Shown in pieces: positions 1 through 13,120 of a DNA stretch of 64,000 nucleotides. The translations under genes and the position numbers were made by a program. The stretch is taken from positions 13,082,001 to 13,146,000 of the forward strand of contig CM075982.1 in the NCBI GenBank assembly GCA_038087875.1, in the 5' to 3' direction. The notes beneath the pieces were generated by a model. The model had not been told where the DNA came from. It did not search any database and worked only from the letters and a program-made list of their open reading frames with translations. Numbering within the stretch: the stretch's first letter is position 1; each line of letters opens with the position of its first letter. Source of the stretch: Malacoraja senta (taxonomy: Eukaryota).

Positions 1-179
1 CAAGTCAACTGATTAGTATTAGTGAGGGCTAGTTTCAGAGCTCCTGAATCGGAAGTGCATTGTAGATGCCCCGTCGTCAAAAACTGGGCACAGGATTTTC
101 AAGAAGGTCTTAAACATAATTCAAGACTTCTCAAATCAGAGCAACAATGTAAATGAGACCGATCATGCAAGCAAAGTGT

Positions 180-720
180 AAATGGGTCAATTGGTAGCAG
201 ATGCAATTCAGTGTTGCGTGTGGGGGCAATGAGTGACGATGAGGTGGTGACGATAGCAAGTTAAATTAATCAGGCTGGGGAAAAGAGAAGCAGCGAGATG
301 GCTCATTGTGATCAGTCCAGGTTTCTTCATTCTGAGAAGAATACGACCTTGGGACAAGGCCAAAAAGGAACAAAGAGTACTGAATATCTAAGTGCCATTA
401 ACCTAATTGTTGGTTGACTGAATGTTCCTGGCTAACCTGGAAGTTCATTTCTGAAGAACAATTAAGGAAATGGACATTTCGAAAAGCGACCTAATTTATG
501 ATGGAAATTAACAAAGTTGATTGATGCCTGCTCTTCATTGTGGTGAAGGGTTCACATCCCAAGAGAGCGATTTAAAAATGAGGAAGTGTGGAGCAAGAAG
601 GCAAAGCAATGGGAACATTTCTACTCACAGATGAATACACTATTGGTATAACATACTTGGAATATAAAGCTAATCCTTGAAAACAAGACAGAAATGTGTT
701 ACTTAATATTTTTAACATGT
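180..720 (+). mobile_element. Highly decayed CR1-like LINE 3' remnant
   Basis: Residual similarity to CR1 ORF2 3' DNA seen elsewhere in the window (e.g. aatgggtcaattggtagcagatgcaattca; ttctactcacagatgaat). No ORF; boundaries approximate. Confidence 0.35.
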
Positions 721-1795
721 TTACAGACATTCTTATGTTCTAACAACTGTTTACGAGTTGCATTTTAATATAAATACTTTACTCATTACATTTTAGTTAA
801 ATGGCTTAAATTTGATTTAATTGAGCTGGTACATTCTGAATTTAATGCTTGATTTGAACAGCATCCATTGATTTGCACTGATCCATTCTCGATCCTGAAT
901 GACTGCAATACTAAGGAGATTTCAGTCAATAAAGAGAAGGTAATGCAACAATATAACTCAGAATGCAACTCAATATAGACTCAGAAATAAAGTTTATCGG
1001 ATAACTGATAGTGAGTCAGTTGATAAATTGCAAAGTAATTAGCGGATAATTGTAACATTACACTGGAGTATATCTAGCACTCCATCTGGCTGTCTTGTGC
1101 TTTACTCAGGATTAACCGTTGCCTTGGTGTTTGTTGGGCCTGAAGTAGTCACTTTGAAGTTCAAAACGATTTCTCAACTGCATTAACAAGTAGCTTGAAG
1201 ACAGATGCTGACTCAAATTCTGTGGGGGCTAAATTGGATAGTGCGGCCTGGAATTACAATATGAGTCCAATTGACCCCGTGCTGACTGCTACGTAAAATC
1301 TATGCTCCCACCTCATTGTGATTTCAAGCACCAGCCAGTGCTTACTGTGTGGTTTGTTGCCATTAAATCTCAACATAAAGCCCAATTTAATTTACTGCAA
1401 GTACCAGCTCAAGAAAGCCAGTGCCACTTAAAGACAGTAAATCCACCTCTTAAAGGGGAGGTGCTTTGTGTCTGCAATATGGGTCAGAGGTCAATATGCA
1501 GACCACTATAGCTTAATGGGTACGATGGGCGAACAAACAACCTTCTTAGGTTGGTGCATACATATTAATAAGTTGCAAGTCTTCGTTTTGTTCTACTTAC
1601 AGAGGATATATGTGCTGTTTACAACTGGTGACATATTTGTTGGTACCATTTTGACCATAACTTCTGTCTTTGATAGAATTGTGGGTCTGGGTATAAAGAG
1701 CAAATAAAACACTGACTGTGGTAAAATGATGGTACATCAACTGTCCAGATTAGTAGATGGTGGAGGCAGGTGCTCTCATAATATTTAAGAAATAT

Positions 1796-3388
1796 TTTCA
1801 TTAGGCGAGAAATAGTATTGGGTAAGCTAATGGGACTGAAGGATGATAAATCCCCTGGGCCTGATGGTCTGCATCCCAGGGTCCTCAGGGAGGTGGCTCT
1901 AGAAATAGTGGACGCATTGGTGATCATTTTCCAATGTTCAATAGATTCAGGATCAGTTCCTGTGGATTGGAGGATAGCTAATGTTATCCCACTTTTCAAG
2001 AAAGGAGCAAGAGAGAAAATGGGGAATTACAGACCAGTTAGTCTGACTTCGGTGGTGGGAAAGATGCTGGAGTCAATTATTAAAGAGGTAATAATGGGGC
2101 ATTTGGATAGCGGTAAAAGGATTAGTCCAAGTCAACATGGATTTATGAAAGGGAAATCATGCTTGACTAATCTTTTGGAATTTTTTGAGGATGTGACAAG
2201 TAAAATGGATGAAGTGGTGCCAGTGGATGTAGTGTATCTAGACTTTCAGAAAGCCTTTGATAAGGTCCCGCACGGGAGACTGGTGACTAAAATTAGAGCA
2301 CATGGTATTGGGGGTAAGGTGTTGACATGGATAGAAAATTGGTTGGCAGACCGGAAGCAAAGAGTAGGAGTGAATGGGTCCTTTTCCGAATGGCAGGCAG
2401 TGGCGAGTGGAGTGCCGCAAGGCTCAGTGTTGGGGCCGCAACTGTTTACCATATATATTAATGATTTGGAAGAGGGAATTAGGAGCAACACTAGCAAGTT
2501 TGCAGATGACACAAAGCTGGGTGGCCGTGTGAACTGTGAAGAGGATGTTAGGAGGTTGCAGGGTGACCTGGACTGGTTGAGTGAATGGGCAGATGCGTGG
2601 CAGATGCAGTATAATATAGGTAAATGTGAGGTTAATCCACTTTGGTGGCAAAAACAAGGGGGCAGATTATTATCTCAATGGGGTTAGGTTAGGTAAGGGG
2701 GAGGTACAGCGAGACCTGGGTGTCCTTGTACACCGGTCACTGAAAGTTGGCGCGCAGGTACAGCAGGCAGTGAAGAAAGCTAATGGAAAGTTGGCCTTCA
2801 TAACAAGAGGATTTCAGTATAGGAGTAAAGAGGTTCTTCTGCAGTTGTATAGGGCTCTGGAGTATTGTGTACAGTTTTGGTCTCCTAATTTGAGGAAGGA
2901 CATCCTTGTGATCGAGGCAGTGCAGCGGGACTGTCATATGAGGAAAGATTGAAAAGACTAGGCTTGTATTCACTGGAGTTTAGAAGGATGAGGGGGTATC
3001 TTATAGAAACATATAAAATTATAAAAGGACTGGACAAGCTAGATGCAGGAAAAATGTTCCCAATGTTGGGCGAGTCCAGAACCAGGGGCCACAGTCTTAG
3101 AATAAAGGAGAGGTCATTTAAGACTGAGGTGAGAAAAAACTTTTTCACCCAGAGAGTTGTGAATTTATGGAATTCCCTGCCAAAGAGGCAGTGGAGGCCA
3201 AATCACTGGATGGATTTACGAGAGAGTTAGATAGAGCTCTGGGGCTAGTGGAGTCAAGGGATATGGGGAGAAGGCAGGCACGGGTTATTGATAGGGGACG
3301 ATCAGCCATGATCACAATGAATGGCGGTGCTGGCTCGAAGGGCCGAATGGCCTCCCCCTGCACCTATTTTCTATGTTTCTATGTTTCT
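1796..3388 (+). mobile_element. 5'-truncated CR1 LINE (RT domain to 3' tail), nested in an older CR1 3' end
   Basis: ORF 1818-2687 has RT motifs (KSPGPDG, NYRPVSLTS, YLDFQKAFD, GVPQGSVLGP, FADD); frameshifted continuations at 2626-2952 and 2949-3230; (TTTCTATG)n tail; AAATAT TSD at 1790-1795 and 3389-3394. Confidence 0.95.
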
Positions 3389-3544
3389 AAATATCTAGAT
3401 GAGGACTTGAATCTCAAGTCATGGAAAACGACTGGACATGTGTTGGACATTAGTGTAGATGGATATTGTTAAGGATTATTATCAATATTATTTAGGAGGA
3501 TGTGGTTTGCAGCCATTAATACAAATGAGAATCAGTTTTCAATG

Positions 3545-4020
3545 TCAGACAAGGACAAGAATGATCCCAGGAATGAGTAGGTTTACCATGATGAGCGTTT
3601 GTTGGCACTGGGCTTGTACTCGCTGGAGTTTAGAAGAATGAGGAGGGACCTTATCGAAATACAGAATAGTGAAAGGCTTGGATAGTGTGGAGGTGGGGAG
3701 GATGTTTCCACTAATGGGAGAATCTAGGACTCAAGGTCATCGCCTCAGAATTAAAGGACGTTCTTTTAGGAAGGAGATTAGGAGAAATGTCTTTAGTCAG
3801 ATGGTGGAGAATCTATGGAATTATTTGCCGTAGAAGGCTGTGGAGGCCGTCAGTGATTATTTTTAAGGCAGAGATGGATAGATTCTTGATTAGTACCGGT
3901 GTCAAAGGTTATGGGAGAAGGCAGCAGAATGGGTTTGGAGGAGAGATAGATCAGCCATGATTGAATGGCAGAGTAGACTTGATGGGCCGAATGGCCTAAA
4001 TCTACTCCTTTCTACTCCTT
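3545..4020 (+). mobile_element. CR1 LINE 3' fragment
   Basis: Matches the 3' end of the CR1 at 2949-3360 (gggcttgtactcgctggagtttagaagaatgagg ... gatgggccgaatggcctaa). Confidence 0.85.
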
Positions 4021-4094
4021 TAACAGTACTCTGACAGTTGCATGAATATGCACCATGGTCTGCAAAGAACCATCTCCCAATGCATTGAATGAAA

Positions 4095-4242
4095 GTAACG
4101 GCATGGAAACAAGCCCTTTCACCCACCGGGTCCATGGTGACGATTGATCACCCGTTCTTACTAGTCCTAAGGTATCCCACTTTCTCATCCACCTGCTACA
4201 CACTAGGGCCAATTTACAGAGGCCAATTAACCTACAAACCAA
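4095..4242 (-). mobile_element. V-SINE 3' half
   Basis: Reverse-complement similarity to the 3' half of the SINE at 4819-5127 (ggaaacaagccc...aattaacctacaaacc). Confidence 0.7.
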
Positions 4243-4818
4243 ATATATGAATCATCGTTAGACACCGGTTAGGTGCCGGATGACTAATGGGTGGCTACTG
4301 TTAGACCTCTATTTTAGATTACATTCAGACCTATGACATTCCATTGGTTAATTTTTACCATTTATCATCAAATTCTCTCACCGTAGACAATTGCTGGCTT
4401 GCTGAGTATTTCTGAGGATTTTTTATATTTTGGAGTTCAGACAATTACTGAAATTTTGTGATTTCCTTGCAGAGTAGGAACAGCTTTGAGGACATTCCTA
4501 ACCTTTGTACTCTGTCAATAACCAGATAACACATTAGCAGAGATGCTTTAAATTAACAAGAAAATGCAATCGGTGCTACTGCGAGATCGGTAGTATGTAG
4601 ATGTAATAGGATTACTCTATAAAAAATATGTGTGGAATTTATCAGGAGAGATAATCTTTGGTTTGAGATTCTCATGCAAGAGTAAAAAGGAAATTGAAGG
4701 CCCATGGTGTGGTTGACAGATTGTTGAGCTGCATTGTGAACTGACCTGGCCACAGAAAACACAGGATAGGAGACATGGAAAATGCAATTTGCCATTTGAT
4801 GATGAATAAGGAAAAGAT

Positions 4819-5127
4819 GGGTAGCACGGTGGCACAGCAGTGGAGTTGCTGCCCTACAGTACTTGCGGCGCCGGAGACCCGGGTTCGATCCAGGTGCTGT
4901 CTGTACGGAGTGTGTACGTTCTCCCCGTGACCACGTGGGTTTTCTCTGAGATCTTCGGTTTCCTCCCACACTCCAAAGACGTACAGGTTTGTAGGTTAAT
5001 TGACTTGGTGTATGTGTAAATTGTCCCTAGTGTGTGTAGGATAGTGTTAATGTGCGGGGCGATTGCTGACTCGATGGGCTGAAGGTCCTGTTTCCACACT
5101 ATCTCTAAACCAAACTATACTAAACTA
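4819..5127 (+). mobile_element. Full-length tRNA-derived V-SINE (HE1-like)
   Basis: A box (tggcacagcagtgg), B box (gggttcgatcc), V-domain-like core (ggtttcctcccacactccaaagac), CR1-like 3' end with (CTAAA)n tail; AAAAGAT TSD at 4812-4818 and 5128-5134. Confidence 0.9.
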
Positions 5128-5619
5128 AAAAGATAACCCATGGAATGTCATGGGAAATTCTTCTGAAGCTCCACAGATAGATTAATATCAACTGTTCATC
5201 ATAGACAAAGAATCAGAGCTGGTATAAATTCAGCTCCAGATGGCTGGTTACTTACTGAACATTGTATTTAGCAACTGAGCAGTTGGAGGAACATATTCTA
5301 TGCATTATATACACAGTTGCAGCATGTAGAGCTGGCAAAGTGGTCGCTTCTGTTAAAGTGTCAGCACTACAGATTCAAATTAGTTCATTGTCATTCACAC
5401 CCGAGTGCAATGAAATTCCTTGTTCACACAAAGCTCGCAGTGTGAACAGTATAGTAAAATGATAAATACGACAATATATGCAACGACAAGTGCAAAATAG
5501 CAGAATGGTACACGGTTGAAGTGCAATGCAAAGTAGTACAAAACATTAAAGTACAGTAATGGAAAAAAATGAATGAAGTCGAGTTAACAGTAATAGTTCA
5601 AGGCAGCACCTCTGGGAAG

Positions 5620-5710
5620 GGAGTGTGAAAGAGATGATAGCAGTGGGGAAGAAACTGTTCTTAAGTCTGGATGACCAGGTTTTTAAGCTCTCGTATCTTC
5701 TCCCAGAAAG
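5620..5710 (-). mobile_element. Rex1/Babar-type LINE 3' fragment
   Basis: Translates as SGRRYESLKTWSSRLKNSFFPTAI, matching the C-terminus of the Rex1-type ORFs at 7548-7862 and 25766-26650. Confidence 0.75.
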
Positions 5711-5830
5711 GACTGCAGATGTTGGTTTGCAAAAAAGATACAAAATGCTGGAGTAACTCAGTGGGTCAGGCAGCATCTCTGGAGAACATGGATAGATGAC
5801 ATTTCGGTCTAGGACCCTTCTTCAGCCTGA
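5711..5830 (-). mobile_element. Short Penelope-pLTR-derived element with degenerate hammerhead motif
   Basis: Minus strand reads ctgaagaagggtcctagaccgaaatgtc...ctccagagatgctgcc...ttactccagc, as in the terminal repeat of the Penelope element at 58592-58690. Confidence 0.75.
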
Positions 5831-7424
5831 GAAGAGGGAAAAGGGAATGGTCAAGATGGCATGTAACCTTGACGATCCTTCTATGCATGGTGAAGATGGA
5901 CTAGACCTTTATTAGCTCTACACGTGGGCATTCCAATGCCTTCTCAGCTAACTTCTTATCATCCATCCTCTCTAAACAGAGGCGCATCTAAAGCTCAACT
6001 GTTTGCGTCTTTTCACATACTGAGTCATCATTCACCTGCCCTTAATGATTATGTTGAACATTATTAATTTAAAGCAATTGCTTAATCTTTCTGTTGCCTT
6101 GTCTTTCCACATTTCTGTGACATTTCCACTCCGCAGATCTCTGCATGGCTGTTTATGTATTCCTCCTCCGTATGCTTCCTTATGAGCACTCATGCTATTT
6201 GACATCTTTGATAACCTTTTAAATCCGTCCCTGAACTGTCTACCATTCCTCCTTCTTCTTCTTCTGCCTCTGCCTCATTAACCACACGTTTTGTTGGCCC
6301 TTCCTAATAATTTTGTTTTTTTGCCCATTTTTCTCTGACAGCACTTTCAAGGTATTCAGAAACTATTTTATAAAAGTGCGATGTAAGTGCAAGTTTTGAG
6401 TTATTTAATACTTTCCTAATAATATTTTTTAGTGTTTCTGGCCTTAACTTATCAAATATTGTCCATTTTAAAATGCCAACTTAGCGTTTACACTTTCACT
6501 TATTCATATGGGTTCTAAACACAATCACAAACACAATCACGAACAACATATTTATATTACAGAGCTATGAGAGAATTCTCAGCTAACATTACTATCCAAC
6601 TCTCCTTCCCCGATCCAAAACCGGGCATATTAAATTATCAGTTCCGTCCAAATTTATGTTGCTTTCCATTATAGCTAATGCATCATATCACTTCATTGTT
6701 ACATATAGGTCCAGCACTCCATTTTTGTTTTTGAATGCTTTCGTGTATATAACATTGTTCAAGTTTTTAAAGTACCTACCCCGTCCTTTATCGTATTTCT
6801 TGTTTACTTTAGGGTATTTCTTGCCTCTTTCCCTCTATCATAGTTTTTTCCTTTCCCTTTCCCTCATTTTTAATGACAGATCTTTCGTACGTGCAATATT
6901 CACGAGATTTTGTTAATATCGGGCTAGAGACAATAGGGTGAAAATGTTTTACTGGCTGTGACACAGAGCCCTGGCATTGTGTGGGGAGTGTTGTTGGGAA
7001 GCTAGTTGCACTTTTGTATTCATGCAGAATCGCCTCTCTGCTTAATCATATTAACTGTTTGACTATCATTTATGTTTACATGGCTCTTAAAATACAGGCA
7101 GTAAATTGAAAGAAAAATGCTCCTTCTGCCTCTAGAGTGTTTCAGTATAATGACTACTCCAAATGAAGGTCGTGGCTTGACTTCTGCATTTATTTCCTGA
7201 AGGATCGGTTAATTCACAAAACTGTCGGGTGATTGCAAAACTGTTAAGAGAGTCACTTCAGTCATAATCACAGTTTTCCCAACAAAAACAAAAGCACAAT
7301 GGAGAACCCTCTATTGGAAAAAAAATCTCACCAATGGAAAAAAAAAACCCTCCCTATATCATCTCTGTGCACCTGTAATAGCTTTAAAGTGTCAGCCATG
7401 GGCATTACTCTTTGTCCTTGAACC

Positions 7425-8140
7425 AGAAGATAGGCAATTTGGACCATCGAATCTACTCCACCATTCAATCATATCTGATCTATCCTTCCCTCTCAACCCC
7501 ATTCATCTGCTTTCTCCCCATAACCCTTTACACCCTTAAAAGCGAGCATGCTGACCGGTTGCATTGTGGCTTGGTACGGCAACCTGAGCATCCAGGAACA
7601 GAAAAGGCTGCAAAAAGTAGTAAACACTGCCCAGTCCATCATCGGTTCTGACCTCCCTACCATCGAGGGGATCTATCACAATCGCTGCCTCAAAAAGGCT
7701 GCCAGCATCATCAAGGACCCACACCATCCTGGCCACACACTCATTTCCCTACTGCCATCGGGTAGAAGGTACAGCAGCCTGAAATATGCAACATCCAGAT
7801 TCAGAAACAGCTTCTTCCCCACAGCCATCAGACTATTAAACACAACTTCAAACAAACTATGAACTATAACAACCTATTGCACTTTATCTGTTTACTGATG
7901 TGTGTATATATATATATTTTTGGTATACGGACACACTGATCTGATCTGTATTTATGACTACAATATTCTGTTGTGCTGCAGCAAATGCAAGAATTTCATT
8001 GTCCTATCTGGGACACATGACAATAAACTCTCTTGACTCTTGACTTGACTTGAAACACCTAATGACTTGGCCTCCACAGCAGTCTGTGGCAATGAATTCC
8101 ACAGATTCACCACCCTCTGACAAAATAAATTCCTCCACAT
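7425..8140 (-). mobile_element. CR1 3' fragment (minus) split by a Rex1-type insertion
   Basis: CR1 3'UTR at about 7425-7540 resumes at about 8053-8140 (tgacttggcctccacagcagtctgtggcaatgaattccacagattcac). Confidence 0.75.
7541..8052 (+). mobile_element. Rex1/Babar-type LINE 3' end
   Basis: ORF 7548-7862 (CIVAWYGN...IIKDPHHPGH...LPSGRRY...RFRNSFFP); 3'UTR ending gacaataaa followed by a (CTTGA)n tail. Confidence 0.85.
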
Positions 8141-9352
8141 GTTCCGTAGCACATGTATTCATGTCCCAGTCTGACAGAGGAAGTGTTACATTGTTGGAGA
8201 TGTCGTCTTTCACATAAAGCACTGAACTGAGGTCCCTTCTGATCTTTCAGGTGGATGTTAATGATCTCACCATTTGAAGAGCAGGCACGTTGACCCCAGT
8301 CGTTGCTCATTACTCAAATAACTAAAATACTCAGTTCTGCCTGGAGATTAGTACATCACTATTTGCCAAAGCTAATTACGTATGTTGATTCCCAACTTTC
8401 GGATATGGTAACAATTATTCTGCTCAAAAGTCTTTCTGTAAAGGGAAGTATATAAAGACAAGACAAGTTACTAGAAGTTCTTCATGTTTTAGTAGCCATA
8501 GATTTTCATCATCTTGAAGGAATGTTTTCTTTAGAGCGTTGAGAGATCACAGAAATTCCTTATTCCGCCTGAGTAAATTACAGCTTGGAAGACTTGTGCC
8601 TAGTGACAAATTCCCCTCCATCAAATTGTGGCAGCATGTAATTTATTTCAGTAACAATATGCCTCCAACCCCAGTAAAGTTAGATGTATTGATGAATTTA
8701 TCTGTTGTTATGAAAGTGACTAGTATAGGAATGATTCATCATCTCCAAGGGCAGTTTATCGTGACAACTGTCATTTTAATGTTATAAATTGCCACACGTT
8801 GTTAGCAATGCTAATCTGCTACTTGACGTAGTTCTCAGCGAGATTTGGGCTTACTTGGATTCTTAATGTGGATGGACTCGGAACAATAGGATGCAAATTA
8901 ATTTGTTGTATTTGCACTTTGGCCCTGGTTGCACATATAAAGTTGATTTGTAGAGTTGGGAGTGAAAGTCTTTATTGCTATCCTGATTATCACCAACCTA
9001 CATGAGATGTGTTCACTCTGGAGTTGGACCATCTCTTTCTAGTTTCGTTTAGAGTGATCCACAGTGATTCTAACCCTACCCCAAAACCCTCATAACACAA
9101 TCGCCCCAAACAGGTCACCAAATGGTGCTTCATTGAGTTTCTGGTCAATGATGACACTCATCCCCACCCCTTACAATTGTTGGAGATAGATACTCGGCAC
9201 TGATATCGCCACTGAACGTCAAGGGTAAGTGAATATACTCACACATATTGGAGGTGGTCATTTCGAGACACAAATGTCGTTGCCTTCTATCCAAGCCTGG
9301 GCATTATTGCTTACAGTAATAAAAACAGAAGATACCAGAAATACTCAGCAGG

Positions 9353-9657
9353 TGTTACGAGGGAACAGGTTCAAGGATTTGACTGAAATTAGAACAGAAA
9401 AAGGCTCTCTCATCTGTTTAGTTACAAATTCGTTTTATTGGCAAGAGAGAACAAAAACAGTACTTGTCTTGGTATGCGCGGGGTCCGGTTTACAGCAGCA
9501 CACCTCTCTCTCTCTCTCTCTCTGCCTCCGTCTGCGGCGCTGATCACCACTCAGCCCGTCGGTCAACCCCTCTCGTACATAAAACTAAACTGATGGCTTC
9601 TGGCGCCTGCCTTTATACACGTAAGAAATCAGGTGTTGGCATATGGGCTCCAAGACA
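9353..9657 (-). mobile_element. Probable solo or partial LTR
   Basis: On the minus strand a TATA-like TATAAAGG (about 9616) precedes AATAAA (about 9436) and the segment ends in GTAACA (9353), the U3-R-U5 order of an LTR. CpG-rich relative to flanks; no TSD found. Confidence 0.4.
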
Positions 9658-10718
9658 AGCTGGCTAATTGGATACATAATTGGCTTGGTGATTGGAAGCA
9701 GAGGTTAGTCGGAAGCATATTTTTCTGATTGGAATTCAGCAACCAGTGTGTACCAGAGGGATTGGCATCTTGTTGTTTGTGATACATATTAATAACTTGG
9801 ATGTCGGTGCAGGAGGTATACAAATGTAAGTTTGCAGTTAACATGAAAAAATGTGCTTTTTGTATATCAATGGAAGTCTACGGCTAAGCAGGATAACGAT
9901 CGAAGGGAAAATTAAACGAGCGTTGGCCGATGGAATTTTATTTTGGCAAGTGTGACGTGATGTATTTTGGGAAGTCATATAGGGGTAGATTATTTACAGT
10001 AAATGACAGAGCGCTAAGGAATGTTGGAGAACATTGGGGTTCAAGTCCATTGTTCCCTGAATGGGGAAACACTGGTAGATATGGTAGTGGAGAGGCCATG
10101 TGGAGTGCTTGTCTTTGTGGGTCAGAATGTAAGAGTTGGTATGTTATGTTGCAACTGTACAAAGCACTGGTTAGGCTGTACATGGAGTATTGTGTGGAGT
10201 CTGGTCTCACAGTAGAGGAAGGAAGTGCCTGCGCTGAAGAGAGCACAGAGGAGACCCATAAGGATGTTGTCTGGAATGGAGGACTTTAGGTATGGGGAGA
10301 GATTTGTTAGGCTGGACTTGTTTTCCCTGCAGCGAAGGAGGCTGAAGGCTAACCTGATAAAAAATATATAAAATGAGCAGAGATATAGAAAAGAAGTCAG
10401 AACCGTTATCTTACGGTTAGGAGTATCGAAAACATGAAGACATAGGTTGAAGATGAGAGGAAAGAGTTTTAAAGAGAATTTGAGGGAACGTTTTTTACAC
10501 AGATACTGCTTGACATCTGGAACGCGCTGTCAGATGAGGTGGTGGAATTAAATACATCACTATGTTTAAAGAGATGTTTAGCCAGGTGCTTGTATATGCA
10601 AAGCATGGAAGGATACAGATCCAGCAGAAGCAAATGGATTGTGCAAAAGGCACAAAATAGTCAGCATGAATATGGTGAGCCAAAGGGACAAATTCAGGGG
10701 CGTACAACTCTATGATGC
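9658..10718 (+). mobile_element. Decayed CR1 LINE (RT C-terminus to 3' end)
   Basis: Remnants MEFYFGKCDVMYFG and MLQLYKALVRLYMEYCV; many stops and frameshifts; ends ctctatgatgctctga. Confidence 0.85.
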
Positions 10719-11754
10719 TCTGACCTGTGAATCTTTCTGTTCTGGTTGTTTTTGTGAGTTGTATGAAATGAATTATTTCAGAAAGTCCTCCCACATGCTG
10801 CAGTTGTTTGTTCTGTACAACAACAGATTCTAAATTACTGTCTCTGACCCCCGCCTCCACACCGCTGCCTTTATCTCTTTGTCTTGACTATTTTTATTTT
10901 TCCGTAGGAACAATTTCTTATTTAAGTGTGCAGCAGGGGGCGAGGATGGCATCGGAGATTCAGCTGCACAGATGAGATAGCTGGAGACCTTGTCTATTTT
11001 CCAGGACACTCCCAGCCATAACTCTGCCGTCATTCTGTTAACACGAGTCACTAATGTGCAATGTCTTCTCCTTAAGCAGATCAGAAACTATACCTTGTCT
11101 GCAACCATGTCTGTAGCAGCCGCTTACAAGGCTAGGATCTCATTAAGAAACCACATTGTTGATTGGGAGATAATTTGATTTCAGGACGAAACTACATCTC
11201 AAAGGACTTTCAGACGCTTTGGAGATGAATCAAGCAAGAAGCATCTGCAACATATACATCTCCATATATTCCTTGCAGCAGTAGCTGGGAGCAGCTGTCA
11301 ATATCCTTGGAGATGGCGGCCTTCCGGCTTGAGAAATGGATGTTGTCTCTTGGCTGCTGTCTTTTTTATCTGGGATTGCTGGTTCTCAGGAATTATGTCT
11401 GCAAGTGAAAGAAGCACAAAATGTATGCGACTTGCAGCCAACTTTTATTCTACCACAGTAAATGAAAACAAATAAAATCTGTTCAAGCTGGAAATGTGCA
11501 ATAAAAAAATAGAAATTGCAAGAAAAACCCAACCGGGCAGGCAGTATAAATGGAGGGAGAAACGATTAATGTTTCAGCTCGGAGAGACCCTTTAAGAGAA
11601 CTGAGAAAGAGAGAATTAAGTCAGTCCGAGAAGATGGGGGAGATCAACGGGTGGAGCAAAGGGGGTTTCTCTGATGGGGTTAACTCAGGGAGAGTCAATC
11701 TCCTATAATGTCCTATTATATTATTTTATCATATTGTAGCACCTTACCTTTGTG

Positions 11755-12315
11755 TGACAGCAGGGCATTGAAACCACAAAGATGTATCTCTGATTGTCTC
11801 TTGTCTCCATGTCATTTCCAGCCAGGTGTAGTTGCCAAAATCAGGTGGTCATGTGAGTTCTCATAATGAAAACCATCTCATCAAATTATTCTGGTGCGCA
11901 AGCCATGGTGTGGTTGTGAAGTCTTAAAGTTGCAAAGCCAAGCTCCGGTCACCATAAAGGTGTGACACCCTCACCCACTTCTGTTTCATGAATCTATGAC
12001 TGGATTTGCCACTTGCCCAAAATATTTTATCTTATCCTACCACCTTACGATTGCATGTCAACCAGGCTTTGAAATCACGAAAATGACTCACTTTGTATCT
12101 CTGACTATCTCTTGTCTCTGATTATTTTGCAACCATCTGTCACTGCCAAAATCAAGGGGCTGTGTGTGTTCTAATTAAAAATCATCCAATTGAAATATTC
12201 TGGTGCACAACCCATGGTGTGGTTGTGAAGTCTTAAAGTTGTAAAGCCAAGCTTCGGTCACAGACAAGTGTGGGTCAACGGGTCTGTTTCATGAGTCCAT
12301 GACTGAATTTACCAA
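11755..12315. repeat. Diverged direct tandem duplication, unit about 305 bp
   Basis: Segments at about 11755-12010 and 12060-12315 align; a core of about 65 bp (11888-11952 vs 12197-12261) is nearly identical. Confidence 0.8.
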
Positions 12316-12829
12316 CGTATTTGGTTCCTTTTTGGATTTGCTGATGTAAATGTCTCTATTTTTGCAGCTAATGGATTTGCATTTCACATTAACTGTGTTT
12401 GTATCTATTTGCTGAAGGCTGTCACAATTAATATCCTTATCTTTCTCAACACTTATTCTTTTTCTTTTTTTTAATCCCTCCATCTCCCATCCCGTTTTCT
12501 GCAACAGCTTTGATTACCGCATCTTGACGTGGGATGGTACAACATGCAGCCACGCAACAGATGGGAAGAGCATTGCTGCATATTTCCCTCTGTTGACTTA
12601 GTTAATGGCAGTAAAATCAAGAGAAATCTTTGACAGTGAGCCAATCCAAATCATTCCCTCTACACCCTCGCTGGTATCTACGGTGAAGACTGCTATTCAT
12701 TGGTGAATAGCTCACTACTACAGACCTTGCACTTAACATTCCAATAGCGCAACAATGTGTACAGCAGTGGTGAGCCACTATATAGCCTAAGGACACAAAA
12801 GAAGAAGCTCACTTTGTTCAACATTTTAA

Positions 12830-13120
12830 CAGCCATGGAGTGATATAGTGCAGGAACAAGCCCTTTAGCCACCAAGTGTGTGCTGGCCATCAAGTATCCA
12901 TGTTGCAGTAATCCTGCATGAATCCCATTTAATTCTCCTTGCATTTCCATCAAATCCTTCCAGATCTAACCACACACCTACAGCCGACAACAATTTACAA
13001 TGGCCAATTAACACGTGCAGAGCCAGGGAGAATAAGCAAAAAACCACGCGGTCAGCAGCAGAGGTCAGGATTAAACCAGGGTCGCAGGAATTGTGAAGCA
13101 GCAGCTCTACCAGCTGTGAC
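12830..13120 (-). mobile_element. Old V-SINE
   Basis: Degenerate reverse-complement match to the 4819 SINE (gcaggaacaagccc ... ggtcaggattaaaccagggtcgc ... gcagcagctctacc). Confidence 0.65.

Noticed and set aside
1224-1279. Short imperfect hairpin (ggggctaaattgga ... tccaattgacccc)
   Set aside because: Only about 13 bp with mismatches and a single occurrence; insufficient for an ncRNA or MITE call.
4819-4900. tRNA-like A/B boxes (also at about 20680, 25415, 44400 and 51355)
   Set aside because: Each continues into the SINE body and tail; they are SINE heads, not tRNA genes.
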